Positions 45,728 through 56,772 of a stretch of 64,000 bases of DNA are shown here, piece by piece. Below the pieces are notes generated by a model that saw nothing but the letters and a program-made list of their open reading frames with translations, ran no database searches and was not told where the DNA came from. This stretch comes from Schizochytrium sp. TIO01 (Eukaryota; Protista; Bigyra: Labyrinthulomycetes). Position 1 is the first letter of the stretch. Each line of letters begins with the position of its first letter. The stretch covers positions 4,442,862 to 4,506,861 of the forward strand of contig SMSO01000025.1 in assembly GCA_004764695.1 (NCBI GenBank). Direction: 5' to 3'. A program made the position numbers and the translations under genes.

Positions 45728-47448
45728 TTTCTCTCAACGCCCAGTCCTGGTCGGCCTATTAAGTATAAGAATCTCAACAACTCCGTCTTTACAACCTCTT
45801 CGACCTGGTGCAACCAACGACACCAACGGTGTCTCCCGTTGCTACAGACAGCCCGCCTCTTTCATAAACTGGTTTTGCTGGCTTTAGAACCAATCTCTGC
45901 TGCTGCCACAATCTACGACTGGGGACTCTTCCCAATCATATCACTCCCATCGGCTTATTACAGATAAGCTAACAACTAGTCGCTCGTCACTCAGCATGCA
46001 TCGTGGGTGCAGGTGCAGACTGCCTGGCTAGCCAGGTACTAGTTACCTAGACAGCATGCCATGACGAAAGGTCCAGTCGCAAAACGTAAAGCTGAGGTCC
46101 ACCAACCGAAGAGAGCGGTGAGCTCCAAGGCCACAAGCAGAAGACCCTGTCCAAGCAGGTACTGTCTCCTCCAAAGTGATGATTCTTACTTCTAACCCAC
46201 ACATACCCAGGTCTTACGCGCCCCAAAAGTGAGGAGGGGGGTATACTGCGAAGCGAGACCACACATTCTCGACACTCTGCGAACGGTTCAGGTGTCGTCG
46301 GCACCTCCAAGGAAAGCTGAAAAGCTCCCGTGCAAAGTTCAACTTCTACAGGTGCTGGTAAGAGCCTCCAGCTAGCTAGCTGGCCACAACAGTGAGTGAG
46401 CGTAGTTTGTTTGTGCTGTCCAGCGAACGGACCAATCGAAAGACGCCGCAACGCACCTACTTCAAGAGGCGGGCTGCTTGCTTTGGGGCCATTTGCAGGT
46501 AAAAGTAGTAAGTCAAGGCAACGAACATGGAGGAGGCTTGACTCTGGAGAGAAAGGGATGGTCGGTTCTCCGCGAGTTTGCAGTATTTGATGGAGACAAG
46601 AGTCGTCGGCTGAATTCCGTGAGCCTGTGCCTAGAACGGTCGCGTCAGCAAAGGGTTTCGTAACTGTTCGGGGAATGAAACAACGGCAACCATAATGCGG
46701 AAGAGGTGTGGCTGCCACAGATGCAATCTCGATCCAACCTGGACAGCGAGGCAGGAAAACTCAAGACGGCGCGTTTGATGTTAACTCTCCTTATGACCCG
46801 TTGAAACTCATGCTTATGCAGAATGTCTCTGTAATTATTTTGTGCTCCTGTGCTTTATTTACTATGATTATTCTATGCCAACAACAGAATCGAACTATCA
46901 GAAACCCTTTATTTGACCACGCAAGTTTTCTTTTCTAAAGTTGCTGGGATGCTAGAACAGTGCGCTCGAGAAACATGCGATTGGAGTCAAAATATCTTCT
47001 CATCCCTTGAGGCTATTTCCTAGAACGTAGCCTTTCGAAGTAGGTACTATAAGAAATACTTCTAAATTAAAATTAAATTATTTTGATTGAAAAATGGATT
47101 ACTATGAACCAGATTTGAGCAAAATTGCTGCTACGATTCGAAAAACATCTGAATGAGGTGTTCTCTGGCCGAATGCAAGGTGGCGTTGTCACGAAAACAG
47201 AGGACGGAATATCGAGAAACGCATAAAGATACGAAGGGTAACAAGTTGAAAGAAGTTTTGCAAGGTTTCTAATAGTCTATTCTAATAAATGTGCTTCAAG
47301 GGATCAGAGAATGCTCAGGTCAGATTTAGCCTTTTCCATAAAAGCTGGTTTAACGTAGAAGCGGTCTCGAAACAATCTTAGCAGAAATACTTAAATATAC
47401 CCATGTTTCTTTAGGCAGAACACTAGAACTCCTCGCGTCCAAAGGGTT

Positions 47449-49011
47449 TTAAATATCAATAGATCGTGGACGTGCACTTTCCTTTTCGCAGTTTGTCTCT
47501 GAAATCATTTGTGGCAACTCAGCTTGAAGAGTTTGCAAAGAAGCTATTTCGAGCTTGTAATCCTTTCGAATCTGCAATCCTAGAAACACAGAAGCAGCTG
47601 TGCTAACAAAAGATGCACATAAAAAGTAGATAAAAGAAGCTAAATATTCAAAATCATCGTCATTGAAGCCTGCCAACGAAGATTTCTCGTATACAACAGT
47701 TTCAATGGAGCCAATCAAAGTTGGCCCAAAACTCATTACAGTCACTGCCACTGACAGGTTGATGCTGTAGTACGCGACGCTCCCCGGAAAGTTCGTCGAG
47801 GCGATTACCGAAGGAGCGCTACTAACTCCACCAAATCCAAGACCAACAAGTGCAGCTGAGCAGTAAGCACCAACTAAGGTCGGTGCGCTCAAATAAACAA
47901 TAATGCCTAAGAAAAGCGTAGCATTCCACAACGTCATCACGTGTGGCCAATTCAAGTAGGCGTAGATAATTGTGGTGGTCAATCGTGCAAGAATCACGAG
48001 ACACAAGAATGACAATGTCAGATTGTATGTCACGTCATCAATCGCATCTGCTCCATCTACCAGGGAAGTGGCAAGGTTGCCTAAGGAGCTCAGATACGCT
48101 GAGCCAACACCAAAGCCAAAAAACGTAGAAATAGACGTAAGCCAAACAACCTTACTCTTGAGATAATCCATGAGCTTCGGGGCGAGGGATGTTGCTGTAG
48201 GTGCAGTTACAGATGCTGGGGTAGAGCTGCTATCAGGAGAAGAAGTCACCGCAGGATCAGGGCTCTCTTCACGTGGAAGCACAACGGAGCCAGCTTGAAC
48301 TTCTGATTGAGAAGATGCGTTTGAAGGGGATGAAAGCATAGGCGCTTCTTTGTCGTCATCAGAAAGAGGATCAAAGCGACCCCTTTCCATGTACATTAGA
48401 CGAAGTGCAGTCAGAACTGCGTAAGCACCAATCAAAATCACAAAATTGTAAGTAAGTGACAACCGTGTGAACACATAGTGAAACAGCAATGTATATCCTA
48501 CGCTACCAACACCAATCGCGAAGGCCATCGAAGCAACAGCCATACGACGGCGGCTCTTGTTAGTAGCAAAGATATAGCTGACAAGACTCAAACTATGAAA
48601 GGATGAGATGCCGAGTCCAGCGCCCCAAAGGAAGAATGCAAAGCTGAGCGCACCTCCATTCACTGTAACATCCTCGTGTAGATCTGTAGGAGCCACCACG
48701 CCAATCATGATCGCAATTGACGTCAAGACGAGAAAACACGCGAATGCATTCACAACGCGGTCCATCCATGCAGGGCTCAAGTTGAGTGCCGTGCTCGAAT
48801 AAAACCGGCCAAATGGGTATGAGATGAGTCCATAGCCCAGCTGAATTAATACACCCGTAATAACAACTTGAGCGCTATTGAACCCTGCTAGTTGCAACTT
48901 TGGTGTGAGCATTGGGAAAGCATATTGAATACCGTTCATAAGGTTCGTCAGAGTGCAGACCACTAAGCATGCGGTTGCATCCCCCAACCATTTTGACGAG
49001 CTTGCTTGCAT
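47449..49011 (-). CDS. MFS transporter, array copy 8 (subfamily B)
   Basis: First ATG at 49011 (MQASSS). Motifs FHSLSLV, RRMAVASM, YYSINLS. Confidence 0.87.
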   Translation of the reverse strand: MQASSSKWLGDATACLVVCTLTNLMNGIQYAFPMLTPKLQLAGFNSAQVVITGVLIQLGYGLISYPFGRFYSSTALNLSPAWMDRVVNAFACFLVLTSIAIMIGVVAPTDLHEDVTVNGGALSFAFFLWGAGLGISSFHSLSLVSYIFATNKSRRRMAVASMAFAIGVGSVGYTLLFHYVFTRLSLTYNFVILIGAYAVLTALRLMYMERGRFDPLSDDDKEAPMLSSPSNASSQSEVQAGSVVLPREESPDPAVTSSPDSSSTPASVTAPTATSLAPKLMDYLKSKVVWLTSISTFFGFGVGSAYLSSLGNLATSLVDGADAIDDVTYNLTLSFLCLVILARLTTTIIYAYLNWPHVMTLWNATLFLGIIVYLSAPTLVGAYCSAALVGLGFGGVSSAPSVIASTNFPGSVAYYSINLSVAVTVMSFGPTLIGSIETVVYEKSSLAGFNDDDFEYLASFIYFLCASFVSTAASVFLGLQIRKDYKLEIASLQTLQAELPQMISETNCEKESARPRSIDI

Positions 49012-50006
49012 TGTATTACCTCTGTCACGTTCGCTGCTCTTTGCACGTTCGCTGCCGTCTTTCAATTATGTTCTGCAATCTGCAGCGCCCACCTTTGCGA
49101 AGCAAGTTTCACCTTCGCTGGACCAAAAGAAGTTTACGATCGTGCTACCTTGCGCACACGCTGCTCCAAAAGTGGCGGTCCCAAGGGTGAGGACCGCGAG
49201 CGGGGGGTCACTTCTTTGTATGCAGGCAGACTTTCCAGTTCTAAGGTTTGCGCACTGCGGGCCCGATTCCCAGCTGTCAACGAAGGGACCGCTGTGCAGG
49301 CTGCGCCCGAGCAGTTCGCGGACTGCATCTCAGGCCACTTTTGTGGCACTACCTTGACGACTTCCCACCTTTGTTACCAACTGCTATTAATTGGAAAACA
49401 CGTGCTGCCAAAACGAGAAAACGAAGTTTATGATCTTTCTTTCTTCAATGAGGTGATCAAGGTATTATTACATTTATCCTCCGAGGTAGCAGAAGACCAG
49501 GTCTCACATGATGCTGAAGAAGAGTGCTCTCTTTAAATATTGAGACTTCGACTTGCTGCAGCTTGAACCTTGCATAATTTGACATCGAATTCTTAAACTT
49601 CTTATTATTTGATTCACTTTAAAATGAAAATGAAATTAAAAATTTACCATGGTTCTTTAATGTTGTTTGCGTTGCTTGCTACCTACGTGACATTGGTGAA
49701 ATCGAATTTTGCTGCGAATAGTTGGGGTTCTCTTTTTAAAGAGCTTCCTGAGCTTCTCAAGCAAATCTAGACACTCAAATTCCGTCTTGACTGGTTCGTC
49801 CACATCAGTCACAATATTATTTAGTTTGAAAATGAAGGGAAGATTGGAAAATGGATCCACAAGGCTAGATTTATTTATCTAAAACAACCATGACCGCGTC
49901 GCGAATGCTGAGAGCGCTGTGATCAATTTGAATGGAAGAAAATATGCAGCATTAAAAAATGATCATTTAGGATTAGAGAAACAAGCATCGTAACGTGTGG
50001 CAACAT

Positions 50007-51806
50007 TCATCGAATTTGAAGCTCCAGCGAATGGGCATGGGTCACAGAGGCGGGGTGATCAGGAGAAGCAGTTAGTGGCGCATCTCGATCAGTTTTGTTA
50101 TCACTACTAGCACCATTGTCAGCAGAGTTAGGAGCACCGTGGCCATCTAGCATGATGGAAGTCTCGTCGGGCAGAATAACTTCTTGATGCAAAGTGGCCT
50201 GAGTCTGCATCTCAGCGGCTCGCATGGTGGACATTTCGAGTTTGTAGTCCTTGTGAATTTCATATCCCAGGAGAACTGAGCAAGCTGTGCTTACAAATGA
50301 TCCACAGAGAAAGTAAACAAAGGAACTCATATAATCAAAGTCCCGGTCGCGGAAACCTGCAAGAGATGATTTCTCGTGAATAATAGTTTCCATGTACCCA
50401 ATGAGGAATGGACCAATTGCCATGACTGACGCAGCAACAGACAGGTTTAAGCCGTAGTATGCGATGCTGCCGGGGAAATTAGTAGTCGCAATGACAGCAG
50501 GCACACTACTTACACCGCCAAAGCCAAAGCCCACAACAGCAGCTGAGAAGTACGCTCCAAGTAAGTTGGGCGTTGTCATGTAGACCAGAACTCCCACGAA
50601 GACCAAGAGGTTCCAGAGTGCCATGACGTATGGCCAATTCATATGAGCGTAGATAATTGTTGTGATGAGACGCGCCAAAATAACAAAGCACAAAAAGCAC
50701 AACGTAAGGTTGTAGGTCACAGTGTCTGCAGCTTCATCTGTACTGACCAAGGTTGCAGCAAGGTTTCCAAGAGAACTTAGATAGGTTGAGCCAACCCCAA
50801 AGCCAAAAAAGGTAGAAACGACGGTGTACCAGACGATGGGGCTGGTCACATAGTCCTTAAACTTTGGCGGCGTCGAGGAGATGTTGGCATTGGGAGGTGG
50901 CGTCGTTGGTAGAGGCTGGACGGGAGTCTGCATCGCAGTGGTCGTGACAGGCATAGCTACATCCATAATTGAGGATGATCTTCGCTCAGCTAACTCAATG
51001 GATGTGATGCCCCCCTCATTCTGGGTAAGCCGCTGCTCTTGTTCCTGCCGTTGCTGCTGCGGAGTCGTGGATACATCGTTCGGAAGAACGACCGCCCCTG
51101 AGCCGGTGGTTGGGATAACTGAGGATAGTTCAGGAAGCTCAACTGGCAGCTCTAAAACAGGCACAGACTCGAAGCGACCGCGCGCCATATACTTAAAGCG
51201 AAAGCCACCAAGAATTGCGTAGAGACCCAGAAGAATGACAAAGTTATATGTAAGGGTGGTAAGAGAGAACACGTAATGGTACATCAGTGTGTAAACAACA
51301 GCACCAATTCCGAGCGAGAAGGTCATCGAGGCAACACCCATGCGTCTCTGCCTTTTGTCTGCCGCAAAAATAAAATTAATCAAACTCAGGCTGTGAAAGG
51401 AAGAAAGGCCGAGTCCGCTTCCCCAGAGAAGGAATGCAAAGCACAATACCTTTCCGTTGATGTCCGTATTGTGCACTTCTGCTTCATGTGCCAGGCCGAC
51501 CATAAGTAGCGTGGAAATGATGACAAGGCTGAGTGCAAACGCATTACAAGCGCGATCCATGCCTAAAGGGCTTAAATTACATAAGTTACTCGGGTAGATC
51601 AGTCCGAATGGATAGCATACACTGTTGTAGCCGAGCTGGATCATAACACCCGCAAGGACAATCTGCGAGCTTGAAACGCCTTCTGCCAACAACTTGGGCG
51701 TCAACATAGGAAAGGCATACATAATTCCATTCACAAACATGGTCATGCCGCACACTGCAAAACATGCTCGTGATTCAAGCCATCCTGTCGTCGAAGCTTC
51801 CGTCAT
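50007..51806 (-). CDS. MFS transporter, array copy 9 (subfamily B)
   Basis: First ATG at 51806 (MTEAST); paralogous motifs. Confidence 0.87.
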   Translation of the reverse strand: MTEASTTGWLESRACFAVCGMTMFVNGIMYAFPMLTPKLLAEGVSSSQIVLAGVMIQLGYNSVCYPFGLIYPSNLCNLSPLGMDRACNAFALSLVIISTLLMVGLAHEAEVHNTDINGKVLCFAFLLWGSGLGLSSFHSLSLINFIFAADKRQRRMGVASMTFSLGIGAVVYTLMYHYVFSLTTLTYNFVILLGLYAILGGFRFKYMARGRFESVPVLELPVELPELSSVIPTTGSGAVVLPNDVSTTPQQQRQEQEQRLTQNEGGITSIELAERRSSSIMDVAMPVTTTAMQTPVQPLPTTPPPNANISSTPPKFKDYVTSPIVWYTVVSTFFGFGVGSTYLSSLGNLAATLVSTDEAADTVTYNLTLCFLCFVILARLITTIIYAHMNWPYVMALWNLLVFVGVLVYMTTPNLLGAYFSAAVVGFGFGGVSSVPAVIATTNFPGSIAYYGLNLSVAASVMAIGPFLIGYMETIIHEKSSLAGFRDRDFDYMSSFVYFLCGSFVSTACSVLLGYEIHKDYKLEMSTMRAAEMQTQATLHQEVILPDETSIMLDGHGAPNSADNGASSDNKTDRDAPLTASPDHPASVTHAHSLELQIR

Positions 51807-52886
51807 GGGCTCAGAAGCCACCAAAGATGAAGCCAATTCGTCGAGTCTCTAGTCGGCTGGCGACTTTTCTTGCCTTCACCTTATATGCCTCTCGGCACAC
51901 GGCTTTTCTGCAATCGATAGTACCTCTCTTCTCCCTGCGTCCTCTTTGCTCGCCGGTGATATTGCCAACCGAGTCCACGTTACAGTTCTGCTGCTGCACT
52001 CCTTCACCAAGGTCTGCTCACCAACCTCAACTCCAAGAATGTACTTACAAGGGATAAGCAACCAAGGCAGGTTCTCACCTAAAAGCCCTAAGTGAGATAC
52101 TTCCCACCGTAGCTAGTTAGGTAATCATTCGTACAACCCGCGCACATAGCTGTAAAATCTACTCTCTGTAAACCTTGGGCTGCTGGGGCTCCTACGTACT
52201 TCCTGCCGCCCATTTTGTGGTCATGATTCCTCGCAATCTCAACGCCGCATTCCCTCCTCCTCAAGTCTTCGCTACTGGTTGGCCTCCTTCAAGTTGTCGA
52301 GGAGGGCATTGTGGACTCCCTCCGCCAAGTGGCGCTCACTTACATGACCACACGTGTGTCCTTGTAACTCCTCCTGGGTCCCATGTACCCGTTGAGTGAC
52401 CCCTCGTATTGCAAGACCAGGCTCACGCGCATTACACCGCGCTCGTAATTCTGCCCCCTCCCGGTCTCCAACCTTTGTGAGCTCGAGCACAGTCTTCTAC
52501 ATCGCCTGGGCACATTCGCAGAACCTTCCCGGGCGCCTCTCGGAGCGATTCTTGCCGACCCTTCTCGCATTTGCAGAGCGATCCTCAACCTCAATCTCGA
52601 CTTCGTTCTGAGCTCGACCTCCTTTTGTGATCGATCTTGCGCGTGTGCCTTTCTCTACCTACATATGCATGCAATCAGAGATCACTTGCATTCATAAAAA
52701 CATACATAAGAGCGCTCTGCAAAGGGGTCAATCGAGCCAACGCGAGGCCGCCTGCGTACACGGAGGCGATGATCGCCGGCCGTCATCAGTTCCCGTCGAC
52801 TCTCTGCAAGTGGAGTCATTCGAGGCGTGCAGCTAAGCGGGCCACGAGTGCGAATGTCTGTAAGTTGAAGCACCTGGTTTAGACCA

Positions 52887-53926
52887 ATGCGACGTCGAGC
52901 GGAAGCGCAAAGACTGCTAGACGCACTCTTAGCGCAGCTACGCCAAACAGCACTCGACGAGGACTTCGACTACTTCGAAGACATCTTCGTGGAGCGCCGA
53001 GCTTATTGCTCAGATAGATCAGGAGCAGACAAAGTCTCGGGCAGGGTCTGCGTACGCTGGAGAGGGAGGGGATCATCGAGAGGGTCGACGGAGATGGCGA
53101 CGGCGAGCGAGGCATTCATGTCATGCGGCCCGTTGTTGGTTCATCCCATTCCGGGCCATTCCAAGCCACATCGAAAACCTCACATCAGCGCCCGTGCAAT
53201 CAATCAACGGTCACGACCGACGGCGCTGGTCTGCAAAGGAGGAAGGTGAACGCCGTCGTGCCGCGCCCCAACTCGCCTTCACGCCGAGAAGTTGAGAAGG
53301 CTTCGTTCGAGGGATTTTGTGGGTGGGTGCGGGCTTAGACTTTCTTGCCTAGCTCAAAACTTGAACTTGAACTTGAACTTGAACTTGAACTTGAACTTGA
53401 GCTTGAACTTGAGCTTGAATCACGCTGACCTCCGCAGGATCTTTTGCGGGCCTGGGGGTTGGCTTCGAGGCAGCCAAACCTTCGATAAACCGGCCAATGG
53501 AAAGGATCTTTGCTGGGCTTTGGCCGCGAACATTTTGCGCTAAGGCTTGAAAGTTTTGGCCCACGAAATTCTTCTCATGGGTGCACACCCACACTCTGTA
53601 CGAGCAAGTGCGGGCAGCCGTGGTCACAAGAGACGGGGGCAGAGGATGAATTGCGTGCGATTGGCGATGGTACTCTTGGGCCAGTGTGTGGAATGTAGGG
53701 CCTGTGCAGGGCAGGCGAGCTTGCTGCGAGTCCTGTCAAGGTGAGAGCGAGGACCATGAACCCGCCTGTATGCCATGGTCAGGGATTGGAAGCTGTGAAC
53801 GATGCGCATCTGCGACTCGATACGGATGAAAACTTCAAGATTAGAGTCCTCATCTATCAAGTCCTGGCGGTAAGCGATGGTTGGGTCGAGAGAGGAGGCA
53901 GAACTGGAAGCGATGTCTTTGTATGA
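52887..53926 (+). pseudogene. GC-rich frameshifted coding remnant with a winged-helix-like segment
   Basis: MRRRAEAQRLLDALLAQLRQ... is followed in a shifted frame by SLGQGLRTLEREGIIERVDG (wHTH-like). Multiple stops and frameshifts. Confidence 0.3.
53358..53419. repeat. (GAACTT)n hexanucleotide repeat
   Basis: About 10 units, two of them GAGCTT variants. Confidence 0.95.
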
Positions 53927-54230
53927 GTATTCTCACAGGTAACTAACTTTCTTTTTACCTACTCAGTGCTACAACGGCAAATGCGAGGAAGGTTGGAATG
54001 CAACATGTTTATCTGAAGAGATTAATTGTTACTTGGAATAATAAGTTATTTTTACTTCTTTCTTTTTCTTTTCGTTTTTAAAATAACATGAACGAAGGTG
54101 CTTCCTATTTGCGTTAATTGGGATAAACCTTTTCGTGGGACAAACAATGCTTTAATTTAAAATGTTTCAGATTGAAGCACACGCCCAGCCTGGGAAGTCT
54201 AAAACGCAATTGCCCAAAGGAGTGCGTTGC

Positions 54231-55964
54231 TTACCGGATCTGAATTTCAAGGCTGGAGCTGGGCTGCGTATTATTCTGTATTGTGCCCCGAAGTGAGCTC
54301 GTCGCATTTGCTGACGTGGAGATTGCAGTTAAAGGCGGTTGCTCATCTGCGGCAAGCAGTGCTGCTTGCTCGAGCTTATACTCCTTGTTGATTTCGCGGC
54401 CTAAAAAATAGGAGCTTATTGTGCTTACACAGGAAGCACACAAGAAGTAGATAAAGGAACCAAAGTTTTCTGCCCCATCTGCATGAAATCCAGCCAAAGA
54501 AGACTTTGCATAAATCACTGTTTCTGTGTATCCAATGAGAAACGGGCCAAGACTCATAACCATTGCAACCACAGAGAGGTTAATGCTGTAGTATGCACTT
54601 GCGCCAGGAAAATTGGTCGTGGCAATTACAGCTGGGACACTGCTGATGCCACCATACCCTAGACCCACCAAAGCAGAAGAGAGGTACGCCCCAAGTAATG
54701 TCGGTTTGCTCAGGTAGACCACAACGCCAGCAAAAAGGGTGATATTCCATAAAGTAAGTACATGTGGCCAATTCATGTGAGCATAGATGACCGTGGTGAT
54801 TAATCGAGACAGGATAATTAGGCACAGAAATGCTAGAGTCAAATAGTATGTTACTGTTTCCGCCTCCTCCTCGTTCAAGTCTGATGCTAGGTTCCCCAGT
54901 GAGCTCAAATACGCAGAACCTACACCATACCCAAAAAAGATTGAGACAGACGTAAGCCAAACAACACGGCTGTATAAGTAGTCATACAAAGTTGGAGCTT
55001 GAGACGCCACTGCTCGAGCCTCCCCTTGTCCCTGGGAAATAGTCGAAGCAGATGAACCCGATGGTACTGTAGCCTGTTCTTGAGCAGTCATAGCAGATGG
55101 GTGTGATGGAGGTGTGGCAGTTAAATCTAGCGCCTCCTTTGATTGAAACGAATCTTTTGTAGATACTCTCAACGGGTGCATCCTCGCACCGACCTCACCT
55201 TCTTCCCTGACGTGGGGCCGAACAACTGCGTTTGAGCTCATCGTGCGCATGAGGGTAGGCACTTCAGGCATTTCGATCATTGGAACAGCCTCGAAGCGAC
55301 CTCGAACCATGTATACAAGTCGAGTCGCCGTGAGGATTGCATAAGCTGCAAACAGGGCAACAAAATTGTACATAAGCGACAACTTTGTCAATAAGTAGTG
55401 GTAAAGCAGTGTGTACAAGACACTGCCTATACCAAGTGCAAAGGTCATGGATGCAACTCCCATACGCCTTTGGCTTTTATCTGCAGCAAAAATAAAGTTG
55501 ACAAGGCTTAGACTGTGGAATGTTGATAAACCGAGGCCACTACCCCATACAAGAAATGCAAAGCTCAGAACTGGCCCGTTCACCTTGCGTTCGCTAGACG
55601 CCTCCGTCGGCGCAACAGTGCCGATCATTATAATGAAGGAGACGAGTACAAGTGAGCATGCAAATGCACTGACCACTCGGTCCTTCGCCGCTGAGCTCAA
55701 TTGTAAGCGTGAGCTAGAATAGAAGCGGCCAAATGGATAAGACACCAAGCCATAACCAAGTTGAATGAGTACACCGGCGATGACGACTTGTGAGCTGTCA
55801 AACCCAGCGTCTTGCAGCTTTGAGGTGAGCATTGGGAACGCGTACATTATGCCGTTCATCATCATAGTTATAGCACAAGCCACATAACAAGCTCGCAGGT
55901 CTTGCCAGCCCTGTGCGACGCCCCCATCATCTTTGTTTGAAAATCTCTCTGTAGACGACGCCAT
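54231..55964 (-). CDS. MFS transporter, array copy 10 (subfamily B)
   Basis: ATG at 55964 (MASSTERF), 7 nt after a CTAACCAG acceptor; paralogous motifs. Confidence 0.87.
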   Translation of the reverse strand: MASSTERFSNKDDGGVAQGWQDLRACYVACAITMMMNGIMYAFPMLTSKLQDAGFDSSQVVIAGVLIQLGYGLVSYPFGRFYSSSRLQLSSAAKDRVVSAFACSLVLVSFIIMIGTVAPTEASSERKVNGPVLSFAFLVWGSGLGLSTFHSLSLVNFIFAADKSQRRMGVASMTFALGIGSVLYTLLYHYLLTKLSLMYNFVALFAAYAILTATRLVYMVRGRFEAVPMIEMPEVPTLMRTMSSNAVVRPHVREEGEVGARMHPLRVSTKDSFQSKEALDLTATPPSHPSAMTAQEQATVPSGSSASTISQGQGEARAVASQAPTLYDYLYSRVVWLTSVSIFFGYGVGSAYLSSLGNLASDLNEEEAETVTYYLTLAFLCLIILSRLITTVIYAHMNWPHVLTLWNITLFAGVVVYLSKPTLLGAYLSSALVGLGYGGISSVPAVIATTNFPGASAYYSINLSVVAMVMSLGPFLIGYTETVIYAKSSLAGFHADGAENFGSFIYFLCASCVSTISSYFLGREINKEYKLEQAALLAADEQPPLTAISTSANATSSLRGTIQNNTQPSSSLEIQIR

Positions 55965-56772
55965 TGCTCTTCTGGTTAGCAAGCACTGCAAATCTCCAAC
56001 GAACGAATGCAGACTCGATTGCTGTGTTTCGTGTTTGCAGAACAGCAAACTGGTTTAGGTTTTGTACGCAGCAGATGTAGAACAACTGCTCTCCACTTAT
56101 ACCTGGCATTTCACTCCAACCCACCATGTGGTTAAAGGATATTAGCGTGTAAAATAACCTAAACTCCTCAGAAACATAGCCTATATAGGTTATCATAAGC
56201 TCGCTGCGGAAATGTATTGTGGCAGTCGGGGACGCACGGTGGTGCAGTATCTCCATCTTCGCATGAGTCATTTCATGTGTGCGCGCTGAAGTGCCAAAAG
56301 TGTAGTTTCACTTTGTGACCAATCTTCAATAGTAATCAGCTATGAAAAACTTAAAGACTAAAAAATTGATAATACATTCCACGTTGACTGTAAGTTATTT
56401 AATTTTAGGAGAGAGATAGTAACCGTAGGTGGGGTTCATAGCTATTGAACAAGGTGCTCGGAGCTGGGGATTTGGAAGAGGAGCTCAGTCTCTAGCAAAG
56501 CAAGCATGAGAACCTGGAATTGTAAATTTATACAAAACTGCAAGCAGAGGACCAAGCATGAGAGCAAGTTCAAGATGGAAGTAATCTCGAAAAGTCAGCC
56601 ACCACGCTGTTCTGCAACTATCAAATTTAGCGCAGCACTTGTATGTAGTAGGTAGGCAGGCGCCAGTAGTAATAGCAAAACCAAAACCCATACTATTTTC
56701 TGTAAATGCGAGCACAAGCAAACTAACTTCCCATTGGTTATTGCTGGGAAACAGATAAACTCTTTTCATATT

